Below are positions 56,583 through 64,000 of a DNA stretch of 64,000 nt, in pieces. The notes beneath the pieces were generated by a model that was not told where the DNA came from, did not search any database, and saw nothing but the letters and a program-made list of their open reading frames with translations. The stretch is taken from contig CAVQBA010000006.1 in assembly GCA_963710605.1 (NCBI GenBank), forward strand, positions 416,001-480,000. The letters run 5' to 3'. The DNA comes from an uncultured cyanobacterium. Lineage in GTDB: Bacteria; Cyanobacteriota; Cyanobacteriia; Cyanobacteriales; Cyanobacteriaceae. Both the position numbers and the translations under genes were made by a program. Numbering within the stretch: the stretch's first letter is position 1; each line of letters starts with the position of its first letter.

Positions 56583-58725
56583 AATATCAGGTTATCCTTC
56601 AACATAATGAAGAAGATTGCGGTGCCGCTTGTTTAGCCACTTGTGCCAAATATTACGGTCAAATTTTTTCCCTCCATCGAGTTCGTGAGGTAGCAGGTAC
56701 AGGAGCTTTAGGCACTACTTTATTAAATCTTAAACAGGGGGCAAAAACTCTTTTATTTGATGCTAAGGGGGTGAAAGTTCCCCTCGAATTAATCGATCGA
56801 CAAATAATTCCTTTACCCGGTATTATTCACTGGCAAGGTATTCATTGGGTCGTTTTATACGGCAAAAAAGGTCGCAAATATGTGGTGGCAGATCCAGCCG
56901 TAGGCTTGCGTTATCTATCCAAACCAGAATTATTAAAAGGTTGGACTAATGGAGCGATGTTATTACTTGAACCTCGCCCTGAATTTTCTCACCAACTTGA
57001 CGATCGTCATAAAATTAATAATTATCAACGTTTTTTAGCTTATTTCTCGCATAAAAAGCGTCTTTTAGGGCAAGTTTTTTTGCTGAACTTGATGATTGGG
57101 ATTTTAGCTTTAACTTCCCCCTTTTTCTTACAAATTCTCACCGATGAAGTATTAGTTACCCAAGATATAACACTGCTTAATGGGGTAATTATTGCTGTTT
57201 TTATCTCTAATTTATTTAGAAGTAGTCTTAGGTTTATCCAATCCTATTTAGTAACCCATTTTTCCCAAGGTTTAGAACTTAGTTTGGTTTTAGAATTTTG
57301 CCGTTCAATTTTATTTCTGCCTTTAGCCTATTATGAATCCCATCGTAGCGGGGAAGTAGCCAGTCGTTTGCGAGATATCCAAGCAGTTAATCAACTTGTA
57401 TCTCAAGCTTTAATCCTATTACCTAGTCAATTATTTATTGCTTTAATTTCTTTAATTTTAATTTTTATATACAATCATAATCTCCTTTTTATTACCTTAA
57501 TTATTGCCATAATTATGTGTGCTTCTACTTTAATTTTTTGGAATCGAATTAAGAAGAAAACACAAAAGCTTTTAGCCTTGACAGCAGAAAATCAAGGAAT
57601 TTTAGTGGAAACTTTTAAGGGTGCAATTGTGATGAAAACTAAAAATGCTACTTCTCAATTTTTAGATGAATTTCAAGCTAGATTTGGTCGGCAAGCGAAA
57701 ATTAATTTTCAACGATCGCAAATTGCTATCTTTAATTCCACTTTTTCTGGTTTTATTTTATGGACTGGAGAAGCGATTCTACTTTGGTTTGGCAGTCAAC
57801 TGGTTTTTCAAGGCAATTTAACCATCGGTCAATTAGTTGCCTGTAATATCATGAGTAAAAACGGCTTGAGTTTTATTATTTTAATTATCGATTTTGTGAA
57901 CCAGTTAGTTTTTGTCCAATCAGCCTTAGAACGTTTGGGTGATGTCATTGATGCTACCCCCGAAGTTCAACCCAATCAAATTAAACCTAGGGTTAAATTA
58001 TTAGCCAATAGCGATATCTTAGTTGCCATGATTTAACTTTTAATCATCCTGGTAGAGTGGAACTACTCCATAATTTTAATCTTACTCTCCCTGGAGGGAA
58101 AGCGATCGCTTTGATTGGTGAATCGGGTTGTGGTAAATCAACATTAGCTAAATTGATCGCACGGTTATATTTTCCTCAAACTGGACAAATCCGCATCGGT
58201 GATTATAACCTCAATGATTTAGCCCTCGATTCTATTCGAGAACAAATTGTTTTAATTCCCCAAGAAACTCACTTTTGGAGTCGATCGATTATTGACAATC
58301 TCAGCTTAGGTAACGAGGCGATCGATTTTGCCACAATTGTTCGAGCTTGTAAAATTGCTCAAGCAGATGAATTTATTAGTAAACTTCCTAATCAATATCA
58401 AACTATATTAGGAGAATTTGGTGCCAACCTTTCTGGTGGACAAAGACAACGACTTGCCCTCGCCCTTGGTATTGTTACTAATCCGCCAATTTTGATCCTT
58501 GATGAATCTACTGCTAATCTCGATCCAGTTTGTGAAGCTGAAGTTATCGATCGTCTTCTTGATTATCGTCAAGGTAAAACTACAATTTTGATTAGTCATC
58601 GCCCTCAAGTCATTACCCGTGCTGATTGGATCGTCTTTTTGGAAGTGGGCAAAGTAAAACGACAAGGAACACCACAGCAACTATTTTCTCAATCGGGTTC
58701 TCATCTTAATTTTTTGACTCCTTAA
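56579..58725 (+). CDS. lanT: C39-peptidase-containing ABC exporter (LanT/PCAT); frameshift at ~58020
   Basis: QHNEEDCGAAC, IHW..IHWVV, ADP; TM domain; GESGCGKS, LSGGQRQR, ILDES. Confidence 0.9.
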
Positions 58726-58760
58726 AAAAACTGCAAAAATAATTCCTTATTTCAAGACTC

Positions 58761-58789
58761 GTAGGGACGTAGCATTGCTACGTCCCTAC
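58761..58789. repeat. Perfect GTAG-type REP palindrome
   Basis: GTAGGGACGTAGC-att-GCTACGTCCCTAC, flanked by a repeated AAAAAACTGCAAAAAT. Confidence 0.8.
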
Positions 58790-58801
58790 TTAAAAAACTG
58801 C

Positions 58802-58837
58802 AAAAATGATAATCATTCTCAAAAAATACTGTATAAT
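58802..58837 (+). promoter_or_regulatory. Fur-box-like site plus -10 box for lanA
   Basis: AAAAATGATAATCATTCTC (16/19) followed by TATAAT at 58832. Confidence 0.65.
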
Positions 58838-58885
58838 ATTTGCAGGACTGAAAAGTCTCCATAACTAAAAAATAACGAGGTAAAA

Positions 58886-59125
58886 ATGTCTAATATTGAT
58901 ATTATTCGTGCTTGGAAAGATGAAGATTACCGTAACAGTTTAAGTCAAGAACAATTGAATCTCTTGCCAGAAAATCCTGCGGGGATGATTGAATTAAACG
59001 ATGAAGATATGTCTTCACTTTCAGGAGGTTGTACTACCTGTACTGGTGGAACTGGATTTACCCATACCTGTAATTACTCTTGCAAAAGAGGAACTCTTGA
59101 TAGTGACGAAATGACTATTATGTAA
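58886..59125 (+). CDS. lanA: Lanthipeptide precursor, mersacidin/lichenicidin-type leader, GG cleavage site
   Basis: DIIRAWKDEDYRNSLS.EQ...LPENPAGMIEL...SGG, core CTTCTGGTGFTHTCNYSCKRGTLDSDEMTIM; GAGG RBS. Confidence 0.93.
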   Translation: MSNIDIIRAWKDEDYRNSLSQEQLNLLPENPAGMIELNDEDMSSLSGGCTTCTGGTGFTHTCNYSCKRGTLDSDEMTIM

Positions 59126-59257
59126 AAAAAATTCACCATCAGGAAAGCAAGAAGATTTGTCCAGCTAATTACTTTCCCTAGATGAATTTCAGGAGACCTA
59201 GAATTTATTTCTGGGTCTTGCCCCTAGATATAATTATAGAGAAGTCTAGATTTATTA

Positions 59258-60670
59258 ATGATTAATTTCGATGAAAAAGCTCTTTTACCAACTATTTCTG
59301 AGGAAGAATTTTTACCCTCCATTAGTCTTTGGTTGAGTTTAGGAGGGCTGGTTTTAGCTACTACGATCGTTTCAGCTTTTATTTTAGCGGCTGTGACTAG
59401 ATATAAGGTTACAGTTAAAGCGATCGCTACAGTTCGTCCCGAAGGAGAAATACAAATTGTAGAATCCACTCAAGAAGGCACTGTTAAAACCATTGAGGTT
59501 AAAGAAAATCAATTTGTGCAAACGGGGGAAACAATAGCCCTTCTAGATAAGTCCCAATTGCAACTTAAAAAATTACAGTTACAGGGTTCTTTGGAGAAGT
59601 TAAATCAACAACAAAGCCAGATTAATCAACAAATTGTGGCTTTAGATCGTCAATTGATGGCAGAAACAGAGAAATATAATCGTATTGTCCTTTCTCTTGA
59701 AGCTCAATTAGCTGGTCAAAAACGTGAATATGACGATCGTCAATCTACCACGGAAAAGGATTTAGAAGAAGCCCAAGCTGATATCAGACGAACAGAAGCA
59801 GAATTAAAAATATCCTACGCCCGTTTAGCTGCTGCCAAAGCCGATTTAAAAGCCGAGCAAGAAAGATTGAAACGATATGCCCCCTTGACTGAAGAAGGAG
59901 CAATTTCCCAAGAGCAATTGATGGAAATCAAGCTCGGTGTGGAACAAAAAGAACAAAATGTTCTGATCCAAATTCAAGAAATTGAAACAGGCAAACAAAC
60001 ACTTCAAATTGCCCAAGGAAAAGGGGAAAAAGCTAAAATTGCTTTAAATCCTAGTAACTCTGAACTAAAAATAACACAACAGGCTATTGCTAGAGAAAAG
60101 GCTGCCCTTATGGCAATACAAGCTGATTTCAAAAGGGAAAAGAATTTATCGATCGGACAAAATATTGAACTACAAAAACAAAGCGATCGTGAAAAATTGG
60201 AATTAAAACAAGTTAAAAAGCAGATTGAGCAAGGGATTATTACCGCTCCGGTTAGTGGTACAGTTCTTAAACTTTTATTACGTAACCCAAGTCAAAGGGT
60301 ACAAGCGGGTACAGAAATTGCTCAAATTTCACCCCAGAATGCTCCTTTAGCTATTAATGCTCAAATTTCGGCGGCTGATATTCATAATCTCGAAATAGGT
60401 CAAACAGCACAAATTAGAATTTCAGCTTGTCCTTATCCTGATTATGGTACTCTTTCAGGGGTGGTTAAAGAAATATCTACAGATACTTTTATCAGTAATA
60501 ACCAATCCTTTTATAAAGCTATTATTGCACCACAAAATAATGTTTTTGGTAATACCGACTCGCCTTGCATTTTACAAGCTGGAATGGAGGGGGATGTTGC
60601 TATTGTGACCAAAGAAGAGACTTTTTTAGTATTTATTTTGAGGAAAGCACGATTGGTTACAGATTTTTAA
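59258..60670 (+). CDS. hlyD: HlyD family secretion adaptor
   Basis: TM anchor, VRPEGE.QIVE, long coiled coil, ITAPVSG, ACPYPDYGTL.G. Confidence 0.92.
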   Translation: MINFDEKALLPTISEEEFLPSISLWLSLGGLVLATTIVSAFILAAVTRYKVTVKAIATVRPEGEIQIVESTQEGTVKTIEVKENQFVQTGETIALLDKSQLQLKKLQLQGSLEKLNQQQSQINQQIVALDRQLMAETEKYNRIVLSLEAQLAGQKREYDDRQSTTEKDLEEAQADIRRTEAELKISYARLAAAKADLKAEQERLKRYAPLTEEGAISQEQLMEIKLGVEQKEQNVLIQIQEIETGKQTLQIAQGKGEKAKIALNPSNSELKITQQAIAREKAALMAIQADFKREKNLSIGQNIELQKQSDREKLELKQVKKQIEQGIITAPVSGTVLKLLLRNPSQRVQAGTEIAQISPQNAPLAINAQISAADIHNLEIGQTAQIRISACPYPDYGTLSGVVKEISTDTFISNNQSFYKAIIAPQNNVFGNTDSPCILQAGMEGDVAIVTKEETFLVFILRKARLVTDF

Positions 60671-60783
60671 TTGTATTTAAAAGAAGATTTAAAGGTGAAG
60701 AATTCATTTCCATTCTCTATTCGCTATTTTCATTTATTGATATTTCTTTTCTATATCTTGTAAGAAGCTATCAATACTATTAT

Positions 60784-62607
60784 CTATTTTCGGTTGGTTT
60801 GTTGTGGTTGTCTGTGGAGAGTTTTTACTTGTTGTGGAGGGTTGTTGTTAGTTGAAGAATCAGCACTGACAATAGCACGATTCTTTTGTTTTTTTGATCT
60901 ACTTACCAAACTCCATATATCGATAAGTATCTCTAAATATTCTTGGTGTTTTTGCTCAACTGTTGGTAGATTCCATTCGTTTTCATTAATTATTTTAATC
61001 GTGATGGGGAAAATTGTCGGATTAGTGTCTTTGAAATATTTTGTTTTTTTCTTTTCAAAATCGTAATTTTGTGCCGAAGAATTCTTTTTTCTGGAAAGTA
61101 ATGCTAAATTACCAACTCGATGTACCCATTTTGCTCTTGTTTTATCATCCCAATTTTTGCACCAATCACTATTAGGCTTAGGATTTTGTGGTAACACGTG
61201 TTCGATCGTTACCATTTTACTATCAAAACTAGGACTTAATCCACCTTCAGCTAAAGCCGAATCTAATCTCTTTAAGACATAAAGACGACTACGAGTTTGC
61301 TCATACAAATTACTATCAAGAATTTTAATTATTTTCTTTTTTTCTGGTGTTGATAACAGTTGTTTGGTTTTAGCTATCGCTTCTTCTATTCCTTGATCAA
61401 TCGCATTTAAAATTTGAGCATAACGTTTTCCTCTTTCATTAATATCTGCTCGTAAAATCATCAATCCTGCGGCGAGTCTTTCTAGTTGCTGAAAAAAAGT
61501 TTTAATTTGTTGAGAGTGATTGTAAGATTTTGCTAAAAAATAAATAGCAGGAGGTAACCAATCAGAATTATCTATCTGATTTAACCAGCCAAAAAGTCGA
61601 TTTATTTCTTGTTTATTTTGATTATTATTACAATGAAATCTTTGATCTCTAATAATTTCAAACATCTTAGAACAAGGTTTTAAAACTCGATCGATAAACC
61701 GAATTGGATCATTTTGAGGTTTAATTTTGTGGCGAAATTCTGTTAGTAAATTTTCTTTAGGTCTTTCCCTTAATTTGATACGATGAATATGAGAAAATAA
61801 AGTTTCAAAATCTTTTCTACCTATATCACTTTCTTCTCCTTCCCAAATATCGGTATATTTTTTCTTATCTGCTTCAACTTGAATATTACCGATAATTTCT
61901 GACTTGAGAATATCATTTAATTGTAAATTTAAACCACGAGTATTAATAGTTGAAAAAATACGATAAGCTGTATCAAAATCAGAAGTTGAAACAACAACTA
62001 AATAACATTTATTAAAGATGTTTTTAAATAGATGTAAAATCCATGATTCTAAAGCCGTATTCTCAGGACAACGATCGATTAATTCTTCTTTAAAAAAACG
62101 AGCATTATTTTGGAGTAAAATTTGACTATCTGTAGTTAATCCTGTGTCTATTTCTTCTTTTTCTAGAAGTTGATTAATGCCACCGCCACTACGTATTTTT
62201 TCGCCGAAAAATCGATCGTCTTGAGGGCGTAATTTTAAACCAGATAAGTTTTTTTCATTGAAATCTTCATCTTCAAGACAAGCACTTATTTTTTGATAAA
62301 TTTTATTTTCCCTTGGTACTAAGTAACGAAACACAGATAGTAAAAGTGTTAAAGTGGTTAAACGTTGTTGACCATCAATTACTTCTGCGTAGGGTTTGCC
62401 ATCCTCTTTAATTAAAATAATACTGCCAAAAAAGTAGTCTGGACTATCTTCATCAGTATAAGGAAAAGCATCTAAAAGATCATCAATTAATTCGGAGGCT
62501 TGATCTTTTGTCCAAGCATAAGGGCGTTGATAAGAGGGTATTTCAAATTGATAATTAGTTAAGTTGAAAATTTGATTAAGTTGTTTTTGAGATGCTTGAA
62601 TCGCCAT
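60784..62607 (-). CDS. DUF262 + DUF1524 (GmrSD-like) modification-dependent nuclease
   Basis: IPSYQRPYAW, VIDGQQRLTT, F..INTRG, TIEHVLPQ, VGNLALL...NS...N. Confidence 0.9.
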   Translation of the reverse strand: MAIQASQKQLNQIFNLTNYQFEIPSYQRPYAWTKDQASELIDDLLDAFPYTDEDSPDYFFGSIILIKEDGKPYAEVIDGQQRLTTLTLLLSVFRYLVPRENKIYQKISACLEDEDFNEKNLSGLKLRPQDDRFFGEKIRSGGGINQLLEKEEIDTGLTTDSQILLQNNARFFKEELIDRCPENTALESWILHLFKNIFNKCYLVVVSTSDFDTAYRIFSTINTRGLNLQLNDILKSEIIGNIQVEADKKKYTDIWEGEESDIGRKDFETLFSHIHRIKLRERPKENLLTEFRHKIKPQNDPIRFIDRVLKPCSKMFEIIRDQRFHCNNNQNKQEINRLFGWLNQIDNSDWLPPAIYFLAKSYNHSQQIKTFFQQLERLAAGLMILRADINERGKRYAQILNAIDQGIEEAIAKTKQLLSTPEKKKIIKILDSNLYEQTRSRLYVLKRLDSALAEGGLSPSFDSKMVTIEHVLPQNPKPNSDWCKNWDDKTRAKWVHRVGNLALLSRKKNSSAQNYDFEKKKTKYFKDTNPTIFPITIKIINENEWNLPTVEQKHQEYLEILIDIWSLVSRSKKQKNRAIVSADSSTNNNPPQQVKTLHRQPQQTNRK

Positions 62608-62905
62608 GAAATATTCACATCAGTTTAATTTGATAATTTTATTTTACTCTGTCTAGTTATTTTTGTTGAGTTCTTTATAGCACATTTATTTAGAGCTAAT
62701 TAAATAACAAAATCGCCGATTATATTTCATAGTATTATAGTTAATTAATACAAATAAAAATCTATTATCTATTTTTTTATTAAGTTAGATTATGAATGTT
62801 TACTAAAGGTAAAAAATCGCCTTGAGAGCCATCTATCTTAACTAACTTTAAATATCTACTCCACTAACTATGAATAATTAAGTGAAAATTGCTCATTGTT
62901 AATTG

Positions 62906-63067
62906 TTATCTACTATTAAATTTCGCTTTGGCTTCAGTATAAATTTCTGCTGTGATTAAATCAACGCCTTTTTCAGTAGCAAATTTTTCAATCTTTTTTC
63001 TCGCACCAGGGCGGACAAAAAAAGGAATTTCTTTCAGTTTTTCTTGAGCTTCAGTTGTCCATTCCAT
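62906..63067 (-). CDS. Small PCP_red domain protein (53 aa, not in ORF track)
   Basis: MEWTTEAQEKLKEIPFFVRPGARKKIEKFA. Confidence 0.85.
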   Translation of the reverse strand: MEWTTEAQEKLKEIPFFVRPGARKKIEKFATEKGVDLITAEIYTEAKAKFNSR

Positions 63068-63198
63068 ATTGTGTTAATTAGTCTATATATAATTGTTTGA
63101 ATTAATCAGAAAATCAGAATTATTTTAATTGATGTCGATCGAGATGAGAAGAACTAAAATTATTTAATTTGATTTTAACAGTTATTTATTGATGATAA

Positions 63199-63438
63199 CT
63201 ATTTATCATTTGGTTTTGACTCTGGTTTAGCTGACTTATTGTAAGCTTTAGCTGATGCTTTTGTCCAATAGACTACAGCGATCGTAAATGGGATTGTAGC
63301 CGCCCCCATACCTGTTATCAAAGAGTGATTTTGGGCAAAAGGAGAGATTAGGAAAAAAGCAAGAATACCCAAACAATAAATTAAACCTAAAAAGGGTAAG
63401 CCGATAACTAAAATAGCGAAACGTGTATCTTTGTCCAT
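63199..63438 (-). CDS. Small two-TM cyanobacterial protein
   Basis: MDKDTRFAILVIGLPFLGL...WTKASAKAY. Confidence 0.7.
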   Translation of the reverse strand: MDKDTRFAILVIGLPFLGLIYCLGILAFFLISPFAQNHSLITGMGAATIPFTIAVVYWTKASAKAYNKSAKPESKPNDK

Positions 63439-63740
63439 TAGATCTAAAATTATTAATTTAAAATTGAGAATTAAATAGGACTATTAATTATTAAATATTG
63501 ACGATTAGATTATAACTAATATTATAATCATGAAATGTATCCTTTAGATTTAAAGGGATTAGACTATATCTTTATCTCACAAGCCTGATAGATTGCATTT
63601 GACTAAGCAAGGTTGAGAATGCGAGGTATTAATTTGTCTAACGTTAAACTAAAGCTAAATAGCAAGAATCTCAAAATAATATTAAATAGTTGATCAATTC
63701 TATTATGATTTAAACAGTTGAAACAACAAGTAAGTTGCTG

Positions 63741-64000
63741 ATGAGTAATTGGAAAAAAGGAACACAATTAAATGATGGTCAATACGTCATTGAATCTATT
63801 TTACTAAGAGATGGCTATGGGTTATTTTATCGTGCAAAAGATACTTTAAACGATCGATTAGTAACTATCAACACTACAAAAATAGCAGAATATCAAACAA
63901 CAAATCTCCAACAACTTCAAGATAGATTAATACAACAAGCTCAGCAAATAGCTGATAATTGTCAAAATTCTTATATTATTCAACTCAAACCAGAAGTTTT
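63741..64000 (+). CDS. Ser/Thr kinase-like N-lobe, partial (runs off window), degenerate motifs
   Basis: MSNWKKGTQLNDGQYVIESILLRDGYGLFYRAKDTLNDRLVTINT. Confidence 0.55.
   Translation, partial: MSNWKKGTQLNDGQYVIESILLRDGYGLFYRAKDTLNDRLVTINTTKIAEYQTTNLQQLQDRLIQQAQQIADNCQNSYIIQLKPEV

Overview
AT-rich window from a unicellular cyanobacterium. CGATCG/GCGATCGC (HIP1) is abundant and the gene set is cyanobacterial; a Cyanobacterium/Geminocystis-like assignment is tentative. The housekeeping backbone is ppa, panD, tamB-like, dapF/hfq, a complete rrn operon (16S-tRNAIle-tRNAAla-23S-5S), an FeS-type photolyase, tocopherol genes, pgi, tpiA, folP, bioF, ftsI, lpxA, fabZ and dnaK3. Two accessory loci stand out. 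(1) At 17.1-27.0 kb, a co-oriented cluster encodes a Roadblock-like protein, wHTH-AAA_35, an AAA_35-HEPN(Swt1-like)-dynamin-like GTPase fusion, a second TRAFAC GTPase, an unknown protein and a pentapeptide-repeat protein; this is a candidate undescribed NTPase conflict/defence system. (2) At 50.5-60.7 kb, a class II lanthipeptide cluster (lanM-lanT-lanA-hlyD) carries Fur-box-like sites and is divergent from an iron-uptake-type porin. Its LanM cyclase lacks two of three Zn ligands and the core peptide has a CxxC...HxCxxxC pattern. A vapBC-like module sits between HIP1-bounded ~190-bp direct repeats in the shared promoter. Also present are HicAB, RloAB, a GmrSD-like gene, a repeat-spaced array of small orphan genes, and many palindromic MITE/REP-like elements, two of them inserted in frame inside genes. 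Most apparent frameshifts and stops fall at GATC/CGATCG and are probably methylation-related sequencing errors. All family assignments come from motif recognition by eye, not database searches.
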